DNA of 64,000 bases from an uncultured delta proteobacterium (GCA_963755125.1 CAVWIP010000018.1:96001-160000), one strand, 5' to 3'. Positions 1-10,004 are shown, counted from the stretch's first letter. Notes: generated by a model from the sequence alone, not told the origin. Made by a program: numbers and translations.

Positions 1-1203
1 TTCCTGTTCGCGGTCCATCCCCTGCAAGTCGAGGCGGTGGCCTACGCGTCCGCGCGTTCCGAGTTGCTGTGCGCGCTCTTCAGCCTGCTGGCGCTGCTCG
101 CCTTTCGCCGCGCCGCCGCCAGCGGACGCCTGCGCTGGCTGGTGCCGGCCCTGGTAGCCATGCTGCTGGGCCTGGCCTGCAAGGAGGTCGCGGCCATGCT
201 GCCGCTTCTCGCCTGGGCCTACGATCGCCTGTTTCAGCCTCAGGATCCCGGCGTGCGCCGTCGGCAACTGGTCCTCTATCTGCCGCCCCTGGTTGTGGTT
301 GCGGCGGTGGGCTGCGTGCGGCTGGCCATCTACTTCGGCCGCGAGGCGGCCGGCGCCTCGTCGTTCGTGGGCCGCAACCTGCTCTTGCAGATCAAGGTGC
401 TGTGGCACTACCTGGCGCTGCTGGTCCTGCCGGTGGGGCAATCCGTGGTTCACGAGTTCCGCGAGGTGGGCAGCGCGTTCGAGCCCGGCGTGCTGGCCGC
501 GGAACTGGGCCTGGCCGGCCTGCTGTTCGTGGCCTGGCGCCTGCGCAGGCGCGAGCCGCGGATCACCTTCGGCATTCTCTGGTTGCTGCTCATCCTGCTG
601 CCCTCTTCCAGCATCGTGCCCATGGCGGAGCCCATGGCCGAACATCGCATGTACCTGGCCAGTGCCGGTGTCTTCCTGGCCTTTGCGGGCCTGGCGGCCT
701 CGCTCGCGGCGCGCTTCGCGGGTCCGGCATCCATGCGGGTGGCAGGCGCAGCGACAGTCGTCGTGATTTTGGCCCTGGTCGCTGCCACCGTGGCCCGCGC
801 CCGGGTCTGGCGGGATCCCGTCACGCTGTGGTCAGACGCCGCGATCAAGGCGCCGCACACCTACGCAGTCCACTACGCGCTCGGCGAGTCCCTGCGAGAC
901 AGGGGCGATTGCCCGGCCGCCATTGTCGAATACCAGCGCGCCATCGAGCGCGTGCCGGACCAGCCGGATGCATGGACCAATCTCGGCATCTGCCGGGCCG
1001 AGACCGGCGCCCTGGCCGAAGCCGAGGCGGCCTTTCTGCGGGGGTTGGCACTGGACCCCAGGCGGGCGGGTCTGCACTACAACCTGGGCATGGTTGCGCG
1101 CTTGCGCGGCGACGCGGCGGCGGCCCACCAGCACTTCCTGGACGCAGTGAAAGTGGATCCGACGCACGAAAAGGCCCAGCGCGCGCTTTCAGCAGGGTAC
1201 TGA
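1..1203 (+). CDS. TMTC-like GT-C membrane protein with C-terminal TPRs (5' partial)
   Basis: Frame open from base 1: FAVHPLQVEAVAYASARSE, KE motif, AEHRMYL, W..P.TLW, then TPRs (AWTNLG, HYNLG). Confidence 0.85.
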   Translation, partial: FLFAVHPLQVEAVAYASARSELLCALFSLLALLAFRRAAASGRLRWLVPALVAMLLGLACKEVAAMLPLLAWAYDRLFQPQDPGVRRRQLVLYLPPLVVVAAVGCVRLAIYFGREAAGASSFVGRNLLLQIKVLWHYLALLVLPVGQSVVHEFREVGSAFEPGVLAAELGLAGLLFVAWRLRRREPRITFGILWLLLILLPSSSIVPMAEPMAEHRMYLASAGVFLAFAGLAASLAARFAGPASMRVAGAATVVVILALVAATVARARVWRDPVTLWSDAAIKAPHTYAVHYALGESLRDRGDCPAAIVEYQRAIERVPDQPDAWTNLGICRAETGALAEAEAAFLRGLALDPRRAGLHYNLGMVARLRGDAAAAHQHFLDAVKVDPTHEKAQRALSAGY

Positions 1204-1209
1204 AGACTT

Positions 1210-3075
1210 TCAGCGGGGTTCGAATTGCGGATATTGCTTCAGCCTGAAGATGAAAGTCGGCTGATCGATGTGCATATGGGTCACGCCCTTGCCGATCAGC
1301 TCGCTGATCATCTTCCAGTCCCACTCGTAGCCCGAGTAGGGGAGTTGGTCACCCAGGTACGCGCGGAAGGTTTCCCTGCGGAAGAGCACCTGACCAAGGT
1401 CGATGTCCCCCAGGGCCGGGGTGGCGTGATTGAGGAGCATCTCGTTGTTCCAGAGGCAAGAACTGAACACGAATCCCAGGTCAGGGTCGGATTCAAGACG
1501 ATCGATCAGGGCGTCGAAGTGGTCGGGCTGGTACCCGTTGTCGTCATCGAGGAAGGCAACGTACTTCCCGCTCGATTGCTTCACGCCGAACTCGGCGGGT
1601 GATATTCCCCAGTTGTTGGTCCGGGCCGGCAAGTTGTGCAAGACGATGCGTGTGTCTCCTGCGGCTGCCACCACTTCCTGTAGGGCGGCGAATACATCGT
1701 CGGGAGGATGATCGGCCACCACGATTTGCTCCCAGTCCTGGAAATTCAGGTTCTTCGCGGACCTGATGCAGGAACGCAGGCAATCCGCCCGATCGTAGAC
1801 CGTGGTGACGATGCTCAAAAGCGGTGGTCCGCCGACGAGCCTTCGCGGCAGTTCACGCCACCACTCCGGGCGAGGGTACGCCTTCCATGGCTTGCTCGCC
1901 TCGGCCGCCGTGTCGACGCCTCGCTCGGCCAGCGCGGCGAACAGCCGGCCCAGATCCTCGCGCGTCCAGCGGTAGTGCCACCCCCAGTTGCGCTCGCGAT
2001 CGACCGCACCCAATCCGGTGCGCAACTCGGCAAAGCGCCCCAGCGTGTAGTCGATGCCGAGGATCTGATAGTTGTGCAACAGCAACTCGTCCCGCGCGGG
2101 CACCGCCACGTGACCTTCCGGCCGGGCCATGTGACCGCCGGGGGTATGGTGGATCTCCTTGATCGCGGTCGGCGAGAAGACGCACAGCTTGCAATCCGTG
2201 GGATCGGGCAGAGCGCGGGTGCGCGTCCGGCGCAGGCATTCCTGCGGCCCGGGAAACTCCTCGACCAGCATCTGATAGCCGAGCGCCGGGATGGCCGTGA
2301 TGCCCGCCTCCTGGCATCGCTGCAAGTAGGCGCCGAGGTCGGGATGCACGAGGTGTTCGTCGATGTTGCAGACAATGACCCAGTCGGCGAGTCGAGTCCC
2401 GCGAAAGCCACGGCTTTCCTTCCAGCAGTGGTCAAACAGGCTCTGCTCCGACCGGACGAAGGAATCCGGATCGGTGCGCACGAGTCGCCTGACCTCGACC
2501 TTGGGATGTCCGCGAAGCAGATCGAGGGAGCCGTCGGTCGAGCCCTCGTCGAAGACGACGTACCTCTGCACGATGGGGTCGTAGTGGCGGAAGAAGAAGG
2601 GTAGTTGACGGATCTCGTTCCAGCACGTGGCGTACAGATGAACACGGGGCGCGCAGCGTGGGGACGGATCCCGGCCTTCGCGGCGCCCTCGCTCGAGAAA
2701 GTGGGCGAGCGGATTGGCGCCCGAGGCCCACACGTCCGGGTTGGACGCGAGATAGAACCCGGAATCGAAGTACGGGCTCGGGTTCCTGCCCTCGCGGCCG
2801 CCCCACAGGGCGAAGTGGACCAGCGGGTTGATCCCGTTGGCCGCCACGTCGGGGTTCTGTTCGAGGTAGGTGCGGGTGCGGAAGAACGGCGAGGGATCGC
2901 GAAAATCCTGCGCGCCGCTGTCGAGGTAGTGACCCGCGGGATCGGGCCCCGCGTCGGGATAGCGCTCGCTGTAGTAGTGCAGGTCGAACAATCCACTTTC
3001 GAGGAGGATCAGGCGCTCGACCTGCCGGCCCACCAGCGGCAGTCTGCGCAAGAGACTCTGCAGTCGCGTGGGCAT
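1210..3075 (-). CDS. Multi-domain glycosyltransferase (N-terminal Y..NPDV repeats plus two GT-A domains)
   Basis: FD..YY/NPDV..SG.NPL.HF repeats; DEGSTDGS and NIDE; C-terminal GT2 LSIVTTVY...FLDDDN. Confidence 0.85.
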   Translation of the reverse strand: MPTRLQSLLRRLPLVGRQVERLILLESGLFDLHYYSERYPDAGPDPAGHYLDSGAQDFRDPSPFFRTRTYLEQNPDVAANGINPLVHFALWGGREGRNPSPYFDSGFYLASNPDVWASGANPLAHFLERGRREGRDPSPRCAPRVHLYATCWNEIRQLPFFFRHYDPIVQRYVVFDEGSTDGSLDLLRGHPKVEVRRLVRTDPDSFVRSEQSLFDHCWKESRGFRGTRLADWVIVCNIDEHLVHPDLGAYLQRCQEAGITAIPALGYQMLVEEFPGPQECLRRTRTRALPDPTDCKLCVFSPTAIKEIHHTPGGHMARPEGHVAVPARDELLLHNYQILGIDYTLGRFAELRTGLGAVDRERNWGWHYRWTREDLGRLFAALAERGVDTAAEASKPWKAYPRPEWWRELPRRLVGGPPLLSIVTTVYDRADCLRSCIRSAKNLNFQDWEQIVVADHPPDDVFAALQEVVAAAGDTRIVLHNLPARTNNWGISPAEFGVKQSSGKYVAFLDDDNGYQPDHFDALIDRLESDPDLGFVFSSCLWNNEMLLNHATPALGDIDLGQVLFRRETFRAYLGDQLPYSGYEWDWKMISELIGKGVTHMHIDQPTFIFRLKQYPQFEPR

Positions 3076-3076
3076 C

Positions 3077-4408
3077 TCAATACCTCAGGTTCATGCCCTT
3101 GACGATGCTGTCAAAGATGGCCTCGGCCTTGTCGGGAAGGCGGTCCTTGATGCACTCGAAGTACCTGACCAGCGACAGGGGCCGGCTGGCGGCGCCCAGA
3201 TCCAGATCGAGCATCGCCTCGAACCACTGATTCGAGATGTCGTACTTCACCACCATGGTGCCGAGCTTGCAGATGTTGCGAATCCGGTTGTTGACCACCG
3301 GCCCGAAATCGACGGCGGCCAGCCCGCTGTTGGTGTCGCCGTTGCACTCCGGATTGAGCGCACGGCCGCTGGCCTTCAGCAAGCGTTCCAGGGCGGTATT
3401 GGGATAGATCTGCAGCGGATAGCACGAGGCGATACTGCCGGCGCCGATTCGCTTCATGCCGGCTATGGTTTCCAGACCGTCGGCCACCGGGTCGGCCACC
3501 GGGAGGCCGACGATGCACTGGAGGTTGACCCGGAATCCGAACGAGACCAGATAGTCATAGGCGGCCTTCATCTGTGCCTCGCTGTCCCAGCGTCGGCCGA
3601 GAAGCGCGAGGGAGTCTGGCGCAATCGCCTGCACGCCCAGGCCCACCACCGAGACCACCCGGCCCACCAGCCTGAGCAGGTCGGGCGAGGCCCGCAGCAC
3701 GCTGGCCGAGGTGCACGAGACGTACATAGGCAGCCCGATCTCGTCGGCCCACCGGGCGAAGAAGACCTTCAACCAATCCTGATCCCCGAAGAATACGTCG
3801 TCATCGACCCATTCGATCTCGTGCGTGAAGTCCTTGATGTACCTGGCCTCGGCGAGCAGGTCGTCGATCTCGCGATGTTGCAGGGTGCAGGACGCACTCT
3901 CGAAGAGCTGCCTGGTCACCTGCGAAGAAGACGAGCAGTACGAGCACGCCCACGGACACCCGGTTACCGAAAGCATGATCTTGCGGTAGCGGTCGCGAAA
4001 CCGTGGGATGTCGCGGAAATACTCCGCCCGTGCCGGGGTCTTGAGCAGCTCGGGCCGATTGGGCCCGGTCTTCTGCACGCCCGCACGGTCGAGGTCAAGG
4101 CCGTGCGCCGCGCCCACCACCGTGATGTCGCCCAGACTCTCGCCACAGTTGGTCGCGTGATGTCCGCCGTAGATCGAGCGAAAGCGAAGCAGCGGCCTCA
4201 GCCTGTCTTCGATCTGCTTGGCCTGCGGATACAAGGCGGTCAGCGGGGAAAAACACACATAGTCGGGTCGGTAGGCCGCGATGTCGGAGACAGGATCGGC
4301 GAGCTCTCCGTCGAAGAACCTGATCTCGCCATGCTGCTTGAGTTCGCTGGCGACGAACAGAAGTCCGTAGCTCTCCTCGTTGCCCAGGCTAACCAGAGCA
4401 AAGCGCAT
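3077..4408 (-). CDS. Radical SAM protein with probable B12-binding-like N-terminus
   Basis: CxxxCxxC (GCPWACSYC); N-terminal YGLLFVASELK...IYGGHHAT resembles cobalamin-binding class. Confidence 0.8.
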   Translation of the reverse strand: MRFALVSLGNEESYGLLFVASELKQHGEIRFFDGELADPVSDIAAYRPDYVCFSPLTALYPQAKQIEDRLRPLLRFRSIYGGHHATNCGESLGDITVVGAAHGLDLDRAGVQKTGPNRPELLKTPARAEYFRDIPRFRDRYRKIMLSVTGCPWACSYCSSSSQVTRQLFESASCTLQHREIDDLLAEARYIKDFTHEIEWVDDDVFFGDQDWLKVFFARWADEIGLPMYVSCTSASVLRASPDLLRLVGRVVSVVGLGVQAIAPDSLALLGRRWDSEAQMKAAYDYLVSFGFRVNLQCIVGLPVADPVADGLETIAGMKRIGAGSIASCYPLQIYPNTALERLLKASGRALNPECNGDTNSGLAAVDFGPVVNNRIRNICKLGTMVVKYDISNQWFEAMLDLDLGAASRPLSLVRYFECIKDRLPDKAEAIFDSIVKGMNLRY

Positions 4409-5489
4409 CGAAGGATCTCACCGTGTCGGCGATGTATTTGGTCTGCTTGGCGGAGAGCCACCATCCGACCGGGATGCAGATCTGCCGGCTCCAGAAGCTT
4501 TCCAGCCCAGGCAGGGAGCAACGCGCGCCCGCGAAGATTGGCTGGATGTCATTGCGAGCATGGACGGAGGACGTCTCGATGCCGTGGTCGCGCATGTAGG
4601 CGGCGAATTCAGCCCGCTTTCCCGCGAGCAGGATGTACAGATAGTAGTCATGGCGGTGCGGGACCGGCACGGGCTTGACGTGCTTCAGGCCGCGGAAGGC
4701 GGCGTGGTAGCGGGCCGCGTGGCGGCCGACCTTGGCCAGAAGCGAGGGAACCGCCGCGAAGTTGGAAAGGCCGATGGTGGCGGCGATGTCGTTCATGTGG
4801 AACTTGTAGCCGGCCTCATGCACGGGGTCCATGCCACGCAGGGTCTGTCCCGAGTCCCGATCGATGCCGTACCACCTGAGCAGCTTGGCGCGTTCATAGA
4901 TGCCCCGGTCCTTGGTGACCAGGCAGCCGCCGTCGCCGGTGGTCAGGTACTTGATTGCCTGGAACGAGTAGCACTGCAGCCCGCCGAGACCAGGGCCGGC
5001 GAGGTGGGCGCAGTCCTCGATCAGTTGGATGCCCCGGCCGTTGCACAGCCCGGCCAGCGCGGGGTCGCAAAGATTGCCGCCGTAGTGAACCACCATCACT
5101 GCCCTGGTCTCGCGGGTGATGCGGGCCGAGACCGAAGCCGGATCGATGTTACCGGTGTCGGGGTCGACGTCAGCCCAGATGATCCGTCCGCCGTTGTGGA
5201 GCACGGGCGTGTTGGTGGCCAGACAGGTCATCGGGGTGGAGATCACGTCATGGTCGCGCACGCCGGCCAGGTGGAGCGCCAGGTGAAGGGCGGAGGTCCC
5301 GCTGTTCACCAGCACCACGTAGCCGCCAAGGTGATCGGACAAAACCCGCTCGAACTCCTTTACCTTGAGGCCTTCGCCGATGTAGCCGGAGTAGAGAACC
5401 TTCTTGAGAGCCGCCAGGCAATGCTTGCTGACGTAGGGCTTGAAAAGGGGAATCGGGGGTGACGGAGCAGCGCCGGGCGACATTTCCAT
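4389..5489 (-). CDS. DegT/DnrJ/EryC1/StrS family sugar aminotransferase
   Basis: NSGTSALHLAL, IEDCAH, SFQAIKYLTTGDGG, GYKFHM. Confidence 0.93.
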   Translation of the reverse strand: MEMSPGAAPSPPIPLFKPYVSKHCLAALKKVLYSGYIGEGLKVKEFERVLSDHLGGYVVLVNSGTSALHLALHLAGVRDHDVISTPMTCLATNTPVLHNGGRIIWADVDPDTGNIDPASVSARITRETRAVMVVHYGGNLCDPALAGLCNGRGIQLIEDCAHLAGPGLGGLQCYSFQAIKYLTTGDGGCLVTKDRGIYERAKLLRWYGIDRDSGQTLRGMDPVHEAGYKFHMNDIAATIGLSNFAAVPSLLAKVGRHAARYHAAFRGLKHVKPVPVPHRHDYYLYILLAGKRAEFAAYMRDHGIETSSVHARNDIQPIFAGARCSLPGLESFWSRQICIPVGWWLSAKQTKYIADTVRSFDALCSG

Positions 5490-5504
5490 GGATACCCAGT
5501 CAGG

Positions 5505-6293
5505 CTATGTCGGCTGCGGGCCGGGAGCAACGGGGTTGCCCTCTGCCTCGGCACCCGGCCGGTCCGGCGTCAGCAGCTCGAGATACGCCTGCACGATCTC
5601 GCGGCCGCTGCCCTCGAGCGCGATCTTGCCTCCCTCGAGCAGCAGGGCGCGGCTGCAGAAGGACTCGACGGGAGACGTCTCGTGGCTGACCAGGACGACG
5701 GTACAGCCCTGGGAGGCCAGCTCGCGATAGCGGTCCTCGCAGCGCCGACGAAAGCCGGCATCGCCCACGGTGAAGACCTCGTCCAGCACCAGCACCTCGC
5801 GCACTGCCTTGAAGGCCACCGCATAGGCCAGCCGCGCCGCCATGCCACTGGAGAAGTGCTTCAGCTCCAGCGAGGCGAAACGTTCCAGCTCGGCAAAGGC
5901 CAGCACCTCGTCCACCGCGTCCCGCGATTCCGCCAGCGACAGGCCCATGGCCGTGCCCAGCAGGAGCACGTTGTCGACCGCGTTCAGCTCCGCGTTCCAG
6001 CCGATGCCCAGCTCCAGGATGGGCGTCACCGGAGCCAGCAGGTGCACGGCACCGCGCTCGGGACGGTAGATGCCGCACAAAAGCTTGAGCAGGGTGCTCT
6101 TGCCCGAGCCGTTGCGACCCATGATGCCCAGGGTCTCGCCCCGCCTGACGTCGAAGCTGACCGACTCCAGCACCGGCAGCCGTTCGAAGCGGCGCGGCCG
6201 GAACAATCCGAACAGGTGCTCGCGCACGGTGTCCCGGCGCACGCTGGGAATGCGGAACGACTTGGCCAGGCCGCGCACCTCAATGACGTTCAC
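5505..6293 (-). CDS. wzt: Polysaccharide export ABC transporter ATP-binding subunit (Wzt)
   Basis: GRNGSGKST, FSSGMAARL, LDEV; GTG start overlaps wzm stop (GTGA). Confidence 0.9.
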   Translation of the reverse strand: MNVIEVRGLAKSFRIPSVRRDTVREHLFGLFRPRRFERLPVLESVSFDVRRGETLGIMGRNGSGKSTLLKLLCGIYRPERGAVHLLAPVTPILELGIGWNAELNAVDNVLLLGTAMGLSLAESRDAVDEVLAFAELERFASLELKHFSSGMAARLAYAVAFKAVREVLVLDEVFTVGDAGFRRRCEDRYRELASQGCTVVLVSHETSPVESFCSRALLLEGGKIALEGSGREIVQAYLELLTPDRPGAEAEGNPVAPGPQPT

Positions 6294-7075
6294 AGGTGCT
6301 CCGCGGCGGCGGGCGAGTAGCGCCGGAAGAGCGCGATGCCCGTGGTCAGGATGAATGCTGTCACGCCCGCCAGCATGAGAAATGCCTTGCCGGTGGGCAG
6401 GTGCCGGTCGACGAGCAACGTGCGCGAGAACTGGATGACCGGCGTGGGCGGCCACAGGTACAGATAGAAGTGGAAGCGCTCGGGCAAGATGGACAGCGGA
6501 TACACCACCGGCGCCAGGAAGAAACCGGCCTGGACCATCACGTCCCAAATCTGGTTCAGATCGCGGTAGCGCAGAAACAGCACGCTGGCCCCGAGGGAGA
6601 ATCCCAGCACCATGGTGACCAGCGCCAGCAGGCACACGCCGAACAGGGCCAGGGCCGCCGGGCTGGGCGCGCGCCCGATGGCGGTCAGGGTGATCACGAT
6701 GGCGGTGCAGACCACGATCAGCGTCAGCAGGGGATTCGAGGCTGCCGTGACCACCAGCAGCCAGCGCGGGAAGTGCGTCTTGGCCAGGAGATAACCTTTG
6801 GCGGCCAGCGCGGTCACGCCCAGCTTGGTGGACTCGGCGAAGAAGTCCCAAAGAAACAGGCCCAGGATGAGGTTCAGCTTGTAGTTCGGATCCTGCGCGA
6901 AGATGAACGAGAAGACCGCCATCAGAACCAGGAACATGGCGGTGGGCTTGAGCAAGGCCCAGAAGAAACCCATGAAGGTTCCGTGGTAGCGCACCTTGAA
7001 ATCGGTGCGCACCAGCGTCCAGGCCAGACCGGCCAGGTCCACGTGTGACGGTCGGGAAGCTGGAACGAGGCTCAT
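6290..7075 (-). CDS. wzm: Polysaccharide export ABC-2 permease (Wzm)
   Basis: TDFKVRYHGTFMGFFWALLKP, RYRDL, FFLAPVVYP; multiple TM segments. Confidence 0.9.
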   Translation of the reverse strand: MSLVPASRPSHVDLAGLAWTLVRTDFKVRYHGTFMGFFWALLKPTAMFLVLMAVFSFIFAQDPNYKLNLILGLFLWDFFAESTKLGVTALAAKGYLLAKTHFPRWLLVVTAASNPLLTLIVVCTAIVITLTAIGRAPSPAALALFGVCLLALVTMVLGFSLGASVLFLRYRDLNQIWDVMVQAGFFLAPVVYPLSILPERFHFYLYLWPPTPVIQFSRTLLVDRHLPTGKAFLMLAGVTAFILTTGIALFRRYSPAAAEHL

Positions 7076-7296
7076 CGCTGCCGCGCTCCCCCGAGCCAAC
7101 CCGGGGTCGCGAGGCGGGTCCGGATGCCGGCGGATGGGGTTGAAAGGTCTGTCGCAAGCACTCGGTGTAGTCTACCCCATCGCGTCCTCGCCGAGGTCGC
7201 CTTGATCGTTCACCCAGTCTGCGCCGGTCCCGCCAGGGTCGATTTCGCCCACGGCCCGCGCCTTGACGGTAACATGGGGCCGAGGAATCCGAGCCC

Positions 7297-9075
7297 GTGG
7301 ACACCGATCCCAAAACTGCATGGCGCGCCTGGGGCGCCTTGGTCGTGGCCGGGCTGGCCTTCTTGGCCTATGCCCTGTGCGCGGCGCTGGCTCCGTATTT
7401 TCTCGATTCGGCCGAGCTGGCCGCGGCGACCTTTGGCCTGGGTGTGGCCCATCCGCCGGGCGAGGTCACGGCCCTTCTGTGGGGAAAGTTCTTCGATCTG
7501 CTGCCGCTGGGCAACGTCGCCTTTCGCGCGGCCATCTCGCAAGCAGTGGCCGGTGCCCTGGCGGCGCTTGTGGTCTACGGCTTGAGCCTGGATGCGGCCG
7601 ATTGGCTGGATCCCGACGAGAAACTCGATCCGATCACGCGCGTGCTGGTGGCCGCCGCCGCTGCCCTGATGTTCGCCTTCGCGCCGGGCGTGGTGATCGT
7701 GTGCAACCGCGCCGAGGTCTACGCCCTGCAGACGGCGCTATCGCTGGCCGCGCTGTGGCTGGCCTTGCGTGCGGCGTGCAGCCGCGATGCCCGTCCCGCC
7801 CTGGTGGCCGCCGTGCTCATCGGTCTGGGCGTCGCGAACCATTCTCTTGTCGCCGGGCTGGTCGGCCTGGGAGCCGTGGTGGCGGCGCTGCCCTTGCTCG
7901 TCGAGAAACGCGACCGCCTCATCGGGCTGGCGCTGCTGGCGTTCATGGCGGGCATGGCCATTCACGCGTACCTGCCCCTGCGCGCGGCTGCGCTCTTCGG
8001 CGCGTCCGATCGCGGCGCCAACGACGTGGTGTGGGGTGACGCGCGCTCGTTGAGCGGTCTGTGGTGGGTGGTCTCGGCGCACACCTTCGCGGTCAAGCAG
8101 GCCGTGGTGCAAGGCCAGGCGACGCCCGGGGCACTGCCCTTTTTGCCCATGGAAGAACTGGGCGAGGCCTTCGCGTTGCTCGCGCCGGCTGGCCTGTACT
8201 TTCTGCTCCGGCGCAGGGGTTCGCGCTGGCCCGGCATTGCCCTGCTGGTGGCAGCGGCAGGCTCCATGGTGGCGGGCCTGATCGGCGGTCTGGCCCCGGC
8301 CAACCCGGACATCCGCGGCTACCTGGGATCGGCCTTTGCGCTGGTCGCGGTCTTCTCCGCTGCCGCGATTCTGTTCGGTCTGACCGTGTTTCGCCTGGCA
8401 CGCTTGCGCCCCTTGCTGGCTGCGCTGCTGCTGCTGGCGGCGCTCAGCCGCTTTCCCAGCCCGAGCCGGTACCCGGGGCTGCGCGACTCTAGCGCAGGCG
8501 ACGCGACGACAGGCCACATGCTGGCGCACCTGCCGCCGCGAGCGGCGCTTTTGACCAACCACTTCGAGACCGCGTTCCTGGTCGGCTACCAGCGCCTGGT
8601 GGAAGCGCGCCGACCTGACGTGGCCTGGGCCCACCTCGCTTTCGTCGGCGGGCCTGGCTATGCGGAACGGGTCTCGCTGGCCGAACCCGACCTGGCGGCC
8701 AGCCTGCAGGCCTATCGCCAAGGGGACTTTTCCGTCGAGGTACTGCGCGCCCTCGATGCACACCGGCCGGTGCGCATCGAGCCGGACGTCATGATTCGAC
8801 TTCCCCTGCGCAAGCAACTCGTGCCCGTCGGCGATCTCTGGGCGCCGTCTTTCGGCAGCGACGCGAGCCTGGATCCACTCGCGTTCTGGATGCTGGCCGA
8901 GGCGAAGTCCGACCCGCAGGCGCGCGGCTATCTCGGCTGGCGCTCGTACATCGACGCTGTCTGGGCGTGCGACAACCAAGACCGCGACCGCGCACACCTG
9001 CGTTTCGCCGAACTAGAAAGCTTGATGCCCGAGGATGCCCGCTTCAAGGAACTGAAGGCGCGCTGCCGACAATGA
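7297..9075 (+). CDS. DUF2723 / TMEM260-like GT-C membrane protein
   Basis: DSAEL...LGVAHPPG, AEVYAL, YLPLRA, RPDV motifs; multi-TM. Confidence 0.85.
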   Translation: MDTDPKTAWRAWGALVVAGLAFLAYALCAALAPYFLDSAELAAATFGLGVAHPPGEVTALLWGKFFDLLPLGNVAFRAAISQAVAGALAALVVYGLSLDAADWLDPDEKLDPITRVLVAAAAALMFAFAPGVVIVCNRAEVYALQTALSLAALWLALRAACSRDARPALVAAVLIGLGVANHSLVAGLVGLGAVVAALPLLVEKRDRLIGLALLAFMAGMAIHAYLPLRAAALFGASDRGANDVVWGDARSLSGLWWVVSAHTFAVKQAVVQGQATPGALPFLPMEELGEAFALLAPAGLYFLLRRRGSRWPGIALLVAAAGSMVAGLIGGLAPANPDIRGYLGSAFALVAVFSAAAILFGLTVFRLARLRPLLAALLLLAALSRFPSPSRYPGLRDSSAGDATTGHMLAHLPPRAALLTNHFETAFLVGYQRLVEARRPDVAWAHLAFVGGPGYAERVSLAEPDLAASLQAYRQGDFSVEVLRALDAHRPVRIEPDVMIRLPLRKQLVPVGDLWAPSFGSDASLDPLAFWMLAEAKSDPQARGYLGWRSYIDAVWACDNQDRDRAHLRFAELESLMPEDARFKELKARCRQ

Positions 9076-9100
9076 GCCCACTTCGATGTAACCTGCCCAG

Positions 9101-9847
9101 GTGAAGAAGCACGAGCCGCGCCAGAAGATCCTGCTCGCCGTCCTGTTGCTGCTCCCGTCGGCGGCGGCCTACGCGCTCCACTGGGCCATCTTCCGCAACG
9201 CCCACGACATCTTCTTCTACCTTTTGATGGACGTAGCCTTCCTGTTCGTGCAGGCGGTTCTGGCCACTCTGGTATTCGATCGGCTGCTCAATGCGCACGA
9301 GCATGAGGCAATTCGAAAGAAGCTGAACGTGGTCGTCGGCGTCTTCTTCAGTCAGGTGGGCACGCCGCTTTTGCGCCTGCTCTCCGCTTTCGATCGCCGC
9401 GTGGAAGATGCGCGCAAGCATCTGAAGGTCGACGGCGGCTGGAACGAGCAACACTTCGCCAAGATGCAGACCGTCCTGCAAGGCCACCAGCCCGAGATCG
9501 ACGCGGGCCGGGGCGATCTGGCCCTGCTGAAAGTCACCCTGGAACAGCAACGCGACTTCCTGGTGCGCTTGCTCGAAAATCCCAACCTGCTTGAACACGA
9601 AACTCTGACCGAACTGCTGTGGGCGGTGTTCCATCTGGTCGACGAACTCGCGCACCGGCCGAGCCTGGCCAGTTTGCCGGCACCGGATCGCAAACACCTG
9701 GAGATCGACATCCGGCGCGCCTACGACTTGCTGGTCAAGGAATGGCTGCGACACATGCAGCACCTCAAGACCGACTACCCGTACCTCTTCTCCCTCGCCG
9801 TGCGGACCAACCCGTTCGACCCCGACGCCAGGGTGGAAGTTTCGTAG
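9101..9847 (+). CDS. Conserved hypothetical membrane protein
   Basis: Two N-terminal TM helices; LLENPNLLEHE..TELLWAVFHL; YPYLFSLAVRTNPF; strong codon bias. Confidence 0.8.
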   Translation: MKKHEPRQKILLAVLLLLPSAAAYALHWAIFRNAHDIFFYLLMDVAFLFVQAVLATLVFDRLLNAHEHEAIRKKLNVVVGVFFSQVGTPLLRLLSAFDRRVEDARKHLKVDGGWNEQHFAKMQTVLQGHQPEIDAGRGDLALLKVTLEQQRDFLVRLLENPNLLEHETLTELLWAVFHLVDELAHRPSLASLPAPDRKHLEIDIRRAYDLLVKEWLRHMQHLKTDYPYLFSLAVRTNPFDPDARVEVS

Positions 9848-10004
9848 CAACTCCAAGATCGAAAAACTTGGAGCCACGTCGCATCTGCATTATCCTACAT
9901 CTATCCACATGGCACGACATGACCTTACAGAGTCGTGTTTCGCAACAGCGGCCGAAAGCCCGGCGCGTCCCAAGCGCGCCGGGCAATCTCTGCTGCTTCG
10001 CCCG

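Noticed and set aside
5505..7313. 602-aa ORF as one large ABC protein
   Set aside because: The N-terminal part is an off-frame read of wzm; the real wzt starts at GTG 6293
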